NCBI RefSeq assembly: GCF_018977255.1
Contig: NW_024704743.1
Span: forward strand, 45,758,001 to 45,822,000
DNA length: 64,000 nucleotides
From: Callorhinchus milii
Lineage: Eukaryota
Direction: 5' to 3'
Positions 36,443 through 48,631 of this stretch are shown one piece after another (within the stretch, counting starts at the first letter, position 1; every line of letters starts with the position of its first letter). Under the pieces are notes generated by a model. The model was not told where the DNA came from, searched no databases, and worked only from the letters and a program-made list of their open reading frames with translations. Made by a program: the position numbers and the translations under genes.

Positions 36443-38576
36443 GCTTCACAGGATTTACTGTAAGTATAGTGACTGTGTATTTTGAAGGCAAATGTGGCAG
36501 CCAATTTTAGGATCATGATGTTGACCTGTACCCCAGCAGGACCTTTTGGAGAGGAGAGGGGGAGAACATATGCAGTGGGATAAAATACAAAAAATCAAAT
36601 GAATCAAATACTGGCTCGCTGCATATCCCCTGATCCCTCTGTGCCAGTATCAGTTGCCGTGCCTTCAATCATTATATCCCTGCCACTGGAACTCCCTGTC
36701 TCCATCCCTCTAGCTATCTTTAAATCCCGCCTTATCATCTACCTCTTCCACAATGCCTATAATCACCTCTGACTTGTCCCTCTCTCACTCCGTGTCCAAC
36801 CCTGCTATTTTGCAGCGACCCAGATGCTATGCTTTCTAAAGGGCGCTATATAAATGCACGTTGTTATTGTTGAATCACAAGCTCAATGAAATATGAAAAA
36901 ACATTTTAATTTAGTTTTGGGAGAGAGAAAATTGAGAGATTGGGAGGTGTACTGACAGAAAAGCTGATCTAGGTCACAGAAAGCTCTCTGACAAACATAT
37001 AAAGCAACCAGTGTATAATACAGGTGCTGGTTTTCAGATTCTTTGTAAATCAAGCAATTTGCTATGAATTTTTTCTGTACCTTATCGATTCTCCTGTTTT
37101 CTTATTATTTTACTTTATTGAACTAAGAACAAACAAATGATCTTTTTCCTCCCATCTCTTGGATTTCCTTTTCTCTCTCGCTCTCCCTTTCTTTCTTCCA
37201 GGCTGTCTGAGTGAGTTCATTTGAGGTGCAGTCAGTTCAAGTTTCAATTTTGAGAGCTGGGACCAAACAATAAGATTCGACAGGGCCTGAGAGCCCCTCT
37301 TGACTGCCCCCATCATATTAGCATCTACGGTACATATGTTACCCCCCACTCCACAAGACTGGATTGTGGCGGGTACAAACACCAGGATTGCTTTGGTGAA
37401 TTGATTCAAGGTGATCCTGATCCACTCTTGACTTTCCTTAGACTGCAGCGAGTCTCCTCTGAAGCAGATGTTCAGTACCAGCTGTCTGTGTTATTTCCCC
37501 TCCATCAGAGGTGAGAAGACTTCGCAGGCCTCTGCCCCTAATGTGTTGTGTATTGAAATTGGCCCCTCATTATTACCGAACATACTAATAGGCCTCAGGC
37601 AGTAGATGTGATAATTACAACACTAGTACCTTAACTCAGTGGTTCTTCGTGGGGGGCTGTGCACAGTGATTGCATGAGCAGTGTGCTTTTCTTCCCCTTT
37701 GATCCAGTTTTTGTGTGTCTGTGTGTCTGTGATGGTTTACAATTTTGCGGAACCCTGACTCACCAACAACGAACACAGCACCAAGCAGTCCAGCTCCCGT
37801 GCATGTCAGGCTGTTGCTACTCAAAGAAAGGGAGCGCAAAGTTTATTGAAGATAAAAGAAAAAAAGATATTTTCTGTTTGTGCAGGAACTTCAATCAAGC
37901 GATCCACTCGTCCTGCAATTCAAAGACGTTATAAACAGATTTACACAACAATAGCTCCCCATTCACAGGCGTCCTTCCTGACACACGTTATAGAGAAGGG
38001 CGTTTCTCCCAGTTTAAGATAACAACCCCCCAGATAAAACTGGGCAATCACTTTCATGGCTGTTTGTGGGACATTGATGTACGCAGATTGGCTGCATGTT
38101 CAACTACAAATACATCGTCTCTACACTTCACAGTAAATTCCTGTGAAGAACTTTGAGCCATCTTGAAGCTATGATAAAGTGCTATGTCAAGTGCAAGGAC
38201 CATTTATTTATTGTCTTGGATATTCAGTTTGATTCGATGTCCTGTTTTTCAGATGTGCAGAAGGAAGCTGAATGTTTTGTTTACGCAATTGGGGCTGCTC
38301 TCTTTATTTGTATAGCATTGACCAAATAAAATTAGTCATTCACTTCATGGCAGGGATGTAGTGCAACATTACTGTGCGCAAATTGGCTTCCGCATTCACC
38401 TACAAAATACAGTCACTATACTTTACAATATATCCTGTGAAGCACTTTGAGATGTCCTCTGGACACAAAAAAGGTCCTATCACAAATGTAAGGATTATGA
38501 TTATTACATCTGGAATTGCAGAATGCAAAAGACTGTACAATATCTTTACATTGCACATCTGGAATTTATAACAATA

Positions 38577-38872
38577 AAGACAATAACTTGCATTTATATT
38601 TCGGCCTTCACACGAGGTAGCATCCTGGAGCGCTTGACAGTGACAGAGTCTGACAACGAGCCGGGGGAGAGGAAGGGGGAGGTGACCGAAAGCGCAATCA
38701 AAAAGGAAGGTCTTTACGCGGGATTCGAAGATGGGGAGGGAGGGGACAAGGCAGAGGGATTGAGAGAGAGAATTCCAGAGGTTCGGCATGTGGGGGCTGA
38801 AGGCACGGCCACTAGTGGTGGAACGGAGTGCACGAGGGACAAACAGGAGGCCGAGCGGAGGCAGCGGGCGGT
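38577..38872 (-). mobile_element. L2 LINE 3' fragment
   Basis: Minus-strand ORF PNLWNSLSQSLCL...FESRVKTFLFD followed by the tail. Confidence 0.85.
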
Positions 38873-39213
38873 AATTTAATTTAAAAATTTTAATACATTA
38901 ATAATGTATTTTTGATTCATGGGCTGTTTATCATATTATTTTTAAATTAAGTTCCTTTTCTTTATTTTGTCTAAATGATTATCTTTTTAAGCTAAGCATT
39001 AACTTCCAATAAATAGCATGCTTTGATTTTATGCTGTTTTGGAATGTTTTGTTTGCTGGAAGATGAGGGTGGGTGGGAAGCATGATTCCCCACAAAATGA
39101 GCTGGTGACCTCAGGGAAGAGTTGTGGGCACTGGGTGAGCAAGTAGACAGGAGGGGCTTCTTCACAGGGAGAAAATAATAGCACAGACCCCTCCCTATCC
39201 TACTATCCTCAAG

Positions 39214-39563
39214 GGTTAGAGCACTCACCTTGCAAGGAAGAGACTTGGGTTTGATTCCGGGCAGGACGAAATATTGGGCAAGTTTCCTTACTCCACACAT
39301 CTCTGTTTACCTAGCAGTAAGTAGGAACCTGGTAGTTAGTTGATTAGTGAATTGCTTTTCCAGGCTTAATAATTCCTTAAAAAAATAATAATCGGTCACT
39401 TAATCCACAACTGCTTGTAGGACACTGCTGTGCGCAATTGGCTGCTGTGTTTTGCCCACAAAATATACAGTCAATTCGCTTTACAGTATATTCTGTGAAG
39501 TGCATAGAGACGTCTTGAAGATGTGATAAGGCGCTATATCAAATGCAAGGATTATTTTATTAT
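39214..39563 (+). mobile_element. Young tRNA/Deu SINE
   Basis: GGTTAGAGCACTCACCTTGCAAG...GGGCAAGTTTCCTTACTCCACAC...TGTGATAAGGCGCTATATCAAATGCAAGGATT. Confidence 0.9.
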
Positions 39564-39794
39564 ATCAACTTCAAGATTCTCCAGCAAAGGGGAGATTGCC
39601 ACCTGTCACAAGCCCTCTCTACTCCACCATTGGCAGCAGCCACCCTCTGGAACTTCCTCCCCCATCTTGCCCCCTATTTTACTTGTCTTCAAAACATTAC
39701 CTTAAAATATTATCACTGTGTCTAGGGTCACCTCCCTCTTTCTGCCCCCTTTCTTTCTGAAATTTGCTATATACCCTTGTCAACAATACACTAT

Positions 39795-39951
39795 AAGAAC
39801 ATAAGAACATAAGAAATAGGAGCAGGAGTAGGCCATTCGGCCCCTCGAGCCTGCCCCGCCATTTAATAAGATCATGACTGATCTTCTAACCTAATTCCAC
39901 TTACACGCCCTATCCCCATATCCCTTAATCCCTTTAGTTTTTAAAAATCTA
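39795..39951 (-). mobile_element. Young CR1 3' end
   Basis: AAGAACATAAGAACATAAGAAATAGGAGCAGGAGTAGGCCATTCGGCCCCTCGAGCCTGCCCCGCCATT is the reverse complement of the CR1 tail with its 8-bp terminal repeat. Confidence 0.9.
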
Positions 39952-40072
39952 TGTTACAATAAATTTACATAGAATAGTATGGCAAGGACACAGGCCATTC
40001 AGCATAACTAGTCCATGCCAGTGTTTATACTCCACACAAGCCTGAACCTCTCCTCTTCCTGTCACCTATACC

Positions 40073-40212
40073 CAGTGGTGGACTGGCTCCCTGAAAGGAC
40101 TCAGGATTGTGATGCAAAATAAGTGAGCTGATTTCTGGGTGCGCTCGGGGGCCAATCACAGGATCACTCGGGAGACAATTTCCTGATTTCCCATATAGCC
40201 AGTCTGCCGTTG
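40073..40212. mobile_element. Putative hAT-type MITE (140 bp)
   Basis: Ends are CAGTGGTGGACTGGC and (reverse complement) CAACGGCAGACTGGC (11/15). The flanking 8-mers CCTATACC and CCTTTTCC match at 6/8. Confidence 0.5.
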
Positions 40213-42366
40213 CCTTTCCCCTCTATTCAGTTACAGGCTGTGTGGTTTTACCTGGTTAAACTCCCAACGGTACCCCAATGCATCCTTTGAGGCCGTAAGC
40301 CTTGGCTCTTGTAAATCTATGCCTAATACTCTCCAGCATTAGGTGAGCAGGATGCGTCCATCCAGGAAGAGAGTCCGCATTCCATTCCAAATATGGAAAA
40401 TTCCACGTGTAGATGGCATGTATGGAACAGTTTGGTTTGGATTCTCTTACACACGGTGCTGGGTTTCTGCAAGTGTCAGACACCAGGCAGACCAAAAATA
40501 AAATATCTTCTCTCTAATGGATACGTCATGTTTCCTCCTGAATACATTGATGCTTTTTGCTTCAACCACAACTTCCAGCAGTGAGTTCCACATTCTCAAC
40601 CACCCTTTGTGTGACTAGGTTCCTCCTAAACTTCTTTTTAGACCTTCTGCGAGCCTATTTATGACTCCTCATTGTGAATTCACCCACAATTGGAAACAGC
40701 CTACCAACATCCACCTAATATAAGTGCAATCTGTTGATGATATTATTTGTGGGTCAAAACAGCTGTTGCATTTGCCTATAAATACACAGTCACTACCCTT
40801 AACAATAAATTAGCTTTGACATCATTTTACATTGCAGACACTATATGACATATGTGAATAATTAATCTTTAATTCTTCACAGTAATTTCCTGTGTCTACA
40901 CCCATTTGCTAGTGAGTTATATTTCTGTATATCCATGAGAATGTCCACAGTATCTCCTCTCCTGTTCTCCTCCTCCTCCACCTCCATCCCAATGCCCAGC
41001 AAACACAGCTCAATGAAAAGAAAGTTATTAATCAGGCAATATCTCTGACAAACTCACTGTTTATTTCATGCTTGTTTGTACAATCAACATTTTGGTCAAC
41101 TACACAATCATTATACTAGACAGCAAATTAGCTTTGAGATCTTTGGATCTCAAACCACAATGTGTCAGACCAAGTCAGCAATGCCAGGGAGGAGTGGATG
41201 TGATTTAACTCATTGTAAGTTATGAGTGTATCAAGAAAAAGTGATGTTTAGGAGAGAGAGAGAGAAAAACACATTTCCACATATAAGCAAAGTAATCTTT
41301 TATTCCACATTCAAATAAGAGCAGCACTACTAGGACTTGCCTACCAGTCAATCCCAAAGACTCTGTCCTCTTTGAAGGATCCAATAAAGAGGATTTAGCA
41401 AAGATTAAAGGACTGTGGCTGGATAACTAGAAAATAAGAATGTTTAAGAACAGAAAAGAGTATGGCCCAAGTGAGCTTGGTGCTATTTTCTTCCAATCAT
41501 TCTCTCTCTTCCAGAAACTTAGAAACATGGATATTTTAGCTGCATAAAAAGGGTAATTTCTGTACCAAAATTCAAATTGGCAGACCAGAAGTCACAAGAA
41601 GTGACATGAAACTGGTTTGCGAAACCATATTTTCCAATCCATAATAAACATTAAAATATGACAATGTTCTTGTCACTCTGTGTACAGTGACAGCCCCCAC
41701 CATACAGCACACACCTGGACAAAGATTGCAGCCAAAGTGAGAAGCCATTGATTCACAGGCAAAATTGGCTCATCTTAAAAATATGAAACAAAACTAAATC
41801 TCGCAATTGTTTATGTGGCATATAGCAGTGTTGAGCTTGAACCAGCATAGATTTGGTGGACTGAATGGCGTCTTTCTGTACCACAATTTCTATAATATAA
41901 GTAAAACAAAGTAAGTACACATTGGAGTGTCCTTCAAGGCTGATAGTATTTAGGCAACAGCCATACCCAACTCCAGCTTTGTTCTTGTACTTTGTAGGAA
42001 TGGGCCAAACCTGTTTGATTATGTTAGCACTTTGTAACACGCTCCCAGGCATATTCCATATGTCTCTCTCTGAAGAGAAATCAACCCCTTATGGCAACTG
42101 ATTTGTCATCTCTTGAATGATGGGTTTTCTTTTAAAACACATCCTGGGAGTACTTAATCATCTCCTATTTGTCATTAGTTTCATGGGTGAAATCTAACAG
42201 CCACTGGGGTGTGAGGTAGCTATGAGCCTATCTTGGTTCCTCACAAATGACTTACAAGTGGTGTGTCTATTGATCCATACGAGATCTCTGAATGTGTTCT
42301 GCCTTAACCACATATATATTAAAATGTATGCTAGTTTAATTATGTTGTTTTAATTTCCATTGTATA

Positions 42367-42919
42367 CTTAGGTACGGAGTTCAGTGCAGGTAAAGAGAAT
42401 CCTAAATATGTTACACATACTTACCCAGACCAACCTCGGTACCCCCAGTTCTGGCCAGGCTTCACTGGCTCCCCATCACCGAACAGATCAACTTCAAGAT
42501 CCTCACATTCGTGTTCAAATCGTTTCATTCCCTGGCACCTCCCAACCTCTCCGACCTCCTCACTCCCCAATCCACCACCCGGTGCCTCCGCTCGACTGGC
42601 ACTGGCCTTCTGCTTGTCCCTTGTACCCTTACGACCCCCCACACTAGCTCGGAGTCAGCTGCGCCATTTTAAGCACTCTGAGATGCTGCCCTGCATGGAG
42701 GGTGCTATATAAGTGCAACTAGTTGTTCTTGTATAAACACAGGGTGAAACTTGCAAGATTTCAGAACAGATTCAATGTGCTAATTATTGTATTGAATATG
42801 ATATGAAACAGTAGAATTTCAGTTGATAATTGTCTGCCTGTTTCACTTCCAAACACTCCCATAGCCTTGTTGTTCTTCTTAGGACTTTCTTTGTACCCGC
42901 ACTAAACTCCGTACCTAAG
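42367..42919. mobile_element. Non-autonomous TIR element (about 40-bp TIRs) carrying a nested L2 fragment
   Basis: Left end CTTAGGTACGGAGTTCAGTGCAGGTA-AAGAGAATCCTAA versus reverse-complemented right end CTTAGGTACGGAGTTTAGTGCGGGTACAAAGAAAGTCCTAA. Confidence 0.7.
42420..42730 (+). mobile_element. L2 3' fragment
   Basis: CTTCACTGGCTCCCC...TTCAAGATCCTCAC (LHWLP..FKIL) followed by the tail GGAGGGTGCTATATAAGTGCAA. Confidence 0.8.
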
Positions 42920-42928
42920 CTACAGGAC

Positions 42929-43294
42929 GTGGAGTAGACTCCTGTAGCTCAGTGGTTAGAGCACTCACCTCGCAAGTGAGAGGACTAGGTTTGATTCCTG
43001 GCAGGGCCAAACATTGGGCAAGTTTCCTTACCCCACATGCCTCTGTTTACCTAGCAGTATGTTAGTCGATTGGTGGATCGCTTTTCCGGGAGTAATAAAT
43101 CCTACAAAATAAATTTAAATAATTTGGTCACTCAAGATACGACTGTTTGTGGGACACTGTGTGTGCAATTGGCTGCCACGTTTCACCCACAAAATATACA
43201 GTCAATTCACTTTATGGTATATTCTGTGAAGCGCTTTGAGACATCTCAAAGACGTAATAAGGCACTGCATCAAATGCAAGGATTATTATTATTA
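42929..43294 (+). mobile_element. Young tRNA/Deu SINE, full length
   Basis: Head CCTGTAGCTCAGTGGTTAGAGCACTCACCTCGCAAG, central domain, Deu core, tail and (ATT)n. Confidence 0.9.
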
Positions 43295-43295
43295 C

Positions 43296-44069
43296 TGTTA
43301 CCTCCATTTCCCCAGTCCTTATCAAACTCCATTGGCTCCCGGTCACAGAGCAGATCGATTTCAAGATCCTCACTCTTGTATTTAAATCCCTTCATGACCT
43401 GGCACCCCTCATCTCTCTGATCTGCTCTCTGCATACCCTACTACCCATTAGCTCTGCTCGACTGGCTCCGGTCTCCTCCTTGCCCCTGGACCCTCCGCCC
43501 CACATCACTGGCCGTGTTTCAACCACTACGCCTCAAATCTGTGGAACTCTCTCCCTCAGTCCCTTTGCCTGGCCTCTTCTCTCCCCATCTTCGGATCACA
43601 CTTGAAGACCTTCCTCTTCGACCGTGCCTACTCTTACCTTCCGTGGAGTCCTGTAGCTCAATGGTTAGAGCAATTGCTTTGCAAGTGAGAGACCTGAGTT
43701 CAATTCCAGGCAGGGCGAAACCTTGGGCAAGTTTCCTTACTCCACACGCCTAATAATAATCCCTCCAAAAAACCAAAAACAATAATTAAATTGGTCATTT
43801 TCAATCTACGACTGTTTGTGGGACATTGCTGTGCGCAATTGGCTGCCGCGTTCGCCCACAAATATAGTCAATTCACTTTACAGTGTGTTCTGTGAAGCGC
43901 TTTGGGACGTCCTCCCGACGTGAAAAGCGCTATATCAAATGCAAGGATTATTATTATTATTATTATTATTCCCCCACCCCCAGCTCGACATTAGACTCCA
44001 CCACTGTTAAGTGCTCCGTGATGCCGTCCGAAGTGAAAGGCGCTATACAAACGCAAGTTGCTGTTGTTG
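43296..44069 (+). mobile_element. L2 3' fragment split by the SINE at 43643-43970
   Basis: CTCCATTGGCTCCCG...TTCAAGATCCTC...CTCTTCGACCGTGCC, resuming at 43971 with CCCCAGCTCG and the tail. Confidence 0.8.
43643..43970 (+). mobile_element. Young tRNA/Deu SINE, central-deletion subfamily
   Basis: The head is intact. CTCCACACGCCT joins directly to AATAATAATCCCTCC. It is CpG-rich and ends in (ATT)8. Confidence 0.92.
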
Positions 44070-44091
44070 TAGAAATGTGTATTTTCATCAT

Positions 44092-44542
44092 AATAATAAT
44101 ATAATAATCCTTGTATTTCATATAGAGCCTTAGCACATCATTGAGATGTCTCAAAGCACTCCACATGAAGTGTATGTGTGTGTGAAAAAAAATGGTGTGA
44201 TTGTACATTTTGTAGGCAAACTGAGTATGCAACTTGCACACAGTAATGTCCCACAAACAGCCATGAAGTGAATGTTCAATTTTATTTGCGCGGTTGTTGG
44301 TCAGGAGACTGGAAGAAACTCCCTACTCTATTCAAACAGTGCTATGGGATCTTTAAAGTCCATCTGAACAGGCTGATAAGACTTCTCACCCAACGGATGA
44401 AACCTCTGAGAATGCATTACACCCCTAGCACTTCATTGGAGTGTCAGTTTAGGCTATATGACTCCCAAATCCTGAAGCGGAGCTTTAACCCACAACTTTC
44501 TGACGAAGAGGTGTGAGTGCAACTAACTGAGCCAGGCCGACA
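44092..44542 (-). mobile_element. Old Deu-domain tRNA-SINE, full length
   Basis: Minus-strand head GTCGGCCTGGCTCAGTTAGTTGCACTCACACCTC, Deu core and tail. Confidence 0.8.
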
Positions 44543-47529
44543 CAATTTTCAAACTAGAGGCAGGACCTGAAGCTGATTTTATAGGATTGAGTTAACCCAT
44601 TATCCTAATTTTCCATGGTGTCCGCAATCTAGAGCTCCAAGATCTTCAGGTGTGAGACTGTGTGTAAGTTTGGGAAGGAAAGATTGTTGCTTCATTAGAA
44701 CATTCTTTCCGCTCATTCATAGTCTTTGTAACTTTCCCCTCCGTTTCTTTCCTGTGACTCACACGCTACTGTGTGAAGGACATGCAGAAACGTGTCATAC
44801 TACACTTCCTGATAAAAACACCTTCTTGGATTTTGGCTTAAGCTGCTCAAGTCTTTAACTTTCAATTCCAAACTTCCACCAGGAAAACAGACCTTGGGTT
44901 GCGCATGCAATCAAAACATAAACATGTGGCCTTGGAATATTTTGTGAGAGCCAAAATGGTTTGGTTTGGGGTTTAAGGTGTGTGGATGTGGTGAAGTCAT
45001 CAAAGTCCAAAACTATCGAAGAACTCCATCCACACCACACCTGTATCTCACACCTGTGTCAACCACTGCTTAATTTTTGACAGCTATTTTTCTCTCTTGC
45101 TCTGTAACAAATCTGGTGAAATATACATACTGAGGAAGACATCATTGGTAATACATTACAACGCTATTTAATGGTTATCTGCTATTTATCATGGGAAACT
45201 TGCCAAAACAAAATATCACTATGTTATGTCAGACATACAGGTTATAGGAAGACAGTTTGCAGAAAAATAAAGGAAACCCATTTTATATGCTCGTAATCTT
45301 CTTTGCTTTTCGTTGGTAAAGGCCGCCATACTGATAGGTATAGTTTTAAAAGCAATTAATAACCAATAACAACTTGCATTTTACAGTAGCCTTCACGTAG
45401 GATAATGTGTTGCAATTTGTGCAGGTGTCTGCACAAAATATTTTGAGCTACAAAGATAGATATTGTTTGAACCACTTGAGAAGCATCATCTTTTCAATGC
45501 TCTCTATATGAGGAGCATTTCAGTGGTTTCTTTGCTGATGCCTTTTACATGAGGACCTGTATTAAACAGTTAGCATTGAGTAAAGCTGCTACATGGTATT
45601 GGAACTGGAACTCTAGAACATCAAGGTGACTGGCACGTCACAAGCTGTTTTGTATAGGTCCTTCACACCACACTGAACGTAGATGTTCATTGAATAGATG
45701 ATAAGGACATTTTTAGTCTTGGGACGACAGCTGCTGGAAGGTGTTACCTAGAGTCTGGGTTTGTGAAACACGCATATATCCAATGCTTATTATCTACCCC
45801 AAGCTCCACACTTCCTATTGGTAGAATCACTACTCAATGTGTAGGGATTGTACCCATGTTGTGGGCAAGAGAACGATAGCAATGCTCTCATGCATTTTAA
45901 GGAGTCTCTGGTTCCTGCTATCCATCTGCAGATCTGAAACCTGTACTTGTCAGATGTTTAAAGGCCAACTAGTAACTACCTCCCAAGGGCCGGCGGTGGG
46001 GGGGTGGAGGTTGTAGGTGAAGCTGAATTAGCTCCAAGGTGGCATGGCTGGTTAAGTAAGAGCAGAATCAAATCAATCCTCTGTGGAGGTTTAGCCTGAT
46101 ACCTAAACCAGGCAGGTCCACAGTATTTCAGGGCATTGCTAATGACAGACCAGCTAGTTAGCAGGAATTGGAAGGGCAGACCTGTCACTGGGGCCTAGAA
46201 AATTCTTCCCTCCTGGCTCTTGTTAACCCTGCAAGCCAAAAGCGCTAAGAGGTATGCTGGTCCTAGCTAGATAAGCAACAGTAAGTTTGACAACAACAAC
46301 AACATAATTACATATGTATAGTGCCTTTCGCGTCGGAAGGACATCCCAAGGTGCTGCACAATCAGTATTTTGGACTCGAGCTGGGGATCGGTATTGAGGA
46401 GGTTGGAAGGCAGGGGTAGAAGGAAAAATTTGTAATGATGAGTTGAATGGTTTTAGATATAAGTGCCTGGGGAGAGAGTGCATACTTCATACCAGATAAA
46501 AGGAAACTATACGATTATGAATTTCTCAGTAGTTTGTTAGGAGACTCTTAAGCATGGTGATGGGTTTTCACTTGCACCAGATACTCTCCCACTCCCACCC
46601 CCCAAAATAATTGCTGCTAACAATATCATTTCACCCTTGGTCTTAAAAATAAAAGTGTGATGTTATTAATTTTATCTAAGTTCAAGAAGCACTGAGATGT
46701 ACTTACAGCAATAACCACAATGCAAACATGTTACAGGCTACTCAAAGCTTTTTTCCCCAGTGCTGAGGTGTCACAGCAAATTGGTACCCAGCACTGCGCC
46801 AGGATGTGGCTATGAGCATGCAATTCTCCACTCTGTGTGCTTGCAACCTCAGTTGCCACATGAGGGACTGGTGACAAGCAGAGGTATTTTTACACCATGT
46901 GATGTGTTCACGAGTGGTGTTGTGGAGACTGACTGCCAACTCTCATGGTCAGAAGAAAATGCAAGGCACTGACATAGTCAGGAAAGTAAAGATTTAGGCA
47001 AATAATGATTTCGTACACAATAAAAACTCTTGTTGGCCTTCGTCACACACCATTGCCATTATGTGACATAACTTTCTGGGATATTTAATGTGTGCCGTGC
47101 ACCCTGCTTAACAAAAGCTGAAAGATTACTTGAATGCTGTGTGAATGAAGTGTTACAAATGAACTTAGCACCTTTGGTAATATCATTTGATGAGTTAAGT
47201 GGCACGGTGCACAGTGCCAATGGAGAGAAGATTATTGCAGAGTCGACTGGAGACGGGAAAGCAGCTGCAGAACTTATGTGTCTTCTTACTTGTGCTGAGA
47301 AAGGACATAGCGCCTCAGGTGAACATTGCATTTCCCACTTGGGGGAGCTGCTGTAAGGCAGCCAGCAGCCAGTAGAGAGACTTTTTATTGTTAAAACAAA
47401 TGGTAAATTCAGCGAAACAGCTTTGCACCTCAATGGGATAACCACTGAAGACAAATAATAATAATAATATTATAATAATACTTGCATTTGATATAGCGCC
47501 TAATCATGTCCTCGACACATCTCAAAGCA

Positions 47530-47738
47530 TAGTCAAGCTTAGATGTGATGAATGGATGAATGAGGTTTTTGTCGGCCTGAGGGGTGAGGCTGTGGCAGAG
47601 CCAGATGATATTGTGGAGGTGGGGGAAGGCAGAGCAGGTTATGGCACAGTTGTGGGGTAAAAAGGACAGTTGAGGGCCAAACAAGATGCCTTGGGTTCCA
47701 GATTGGCTCAGTGAGGTGGAGGGGGAAAGGTTGATGCA
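47530..47738 (-). mobile_element. L2 internal reverse-transcriptase-region fragment
   Basis: Minus-strand ORF GILFGPQLSFLPH...AFPHLHNI...LIHPFITSKLDYA. Confidence 0.85.
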
Positions 47739-48454
47739 TGGGAAAGGCTTATAAAACAATATCCTGCAATATACACTGCACAAAGTACTCTGTACATTTT
47801 ATTAGAAATCAACACCACTTAATGCCATCTTTTACCCGTGGCACAGTAAAGATGGTTATTATACATTTATTTCTTTGACACTTCATTACATTCTGTGAAC
47901 ACAGGAACACAAAAGCAGTTCCTTGTCTTTCACACGTTAATTAAAGCTCCACAAATTACTGTATACCTGTGTGCTCGTTCACATTGTGGAATGTATTGTC
48001 TAATATTGAAATTTGAGACCCAAATTCATTTCTAGTCACCAAAGGAGATTTTCCTGATATCTGGGACACCTGCTTGAAAGTACAGTGTGGATATTGGGTG
48101 ACCAAATAATCTTTCTGTGCTGTGATGTTCTCTATAGCTAAAAATGCACAAATATCATTGCCCAGAATCACACATGAAGAATAGAGTTCCTCTTCGACCA
48201 TGCTTTCGGTCATTCTCCCAGCTCCTATCCAACTTGCTTTCCATCCCCCTTGATCCCAACCCCAAGTTTGGGTACAAACCCTTCAGTGGTCAGCGCTTTG
48301 AGACATCCTCCCATCGTGAAAGGCGCTATATAAATGCAATTTATTGTTGGTATTATTAGGGTTTCCTAAACAGCTCAGTGGATACATGAATTACATTGTG
48401 TGGAACTGAAAGATTCAGACTAGGAAGATGGCTGGTGCAATACCAGGTTCCATC

Positions 48455-48631
48455 ATTGCGGAATTTTTTAAAATTCAGTCTTAATCTGGAAGCAGCCTCT
48501 TTTTAATCACTGTGGAAAATCAGTTGGCTTCTAATTTAATACTGAATTCAAGAACTTTCCTCAATTCTACACAATCTTGATTTTAAAGACAAAATGGTCT
48601 TACAGGATAAAACCAGGTGGAATTTGGGGCT
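48455..48631. mobile_element. AT-rich MITE-like family member, right part
   Basis: AAATTCAGTCTTAATCTGGAAGC...AAGACAAAATGGTCTTACAGG...AGGTGGAATTTGGGGC. Confidence 0.55.
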
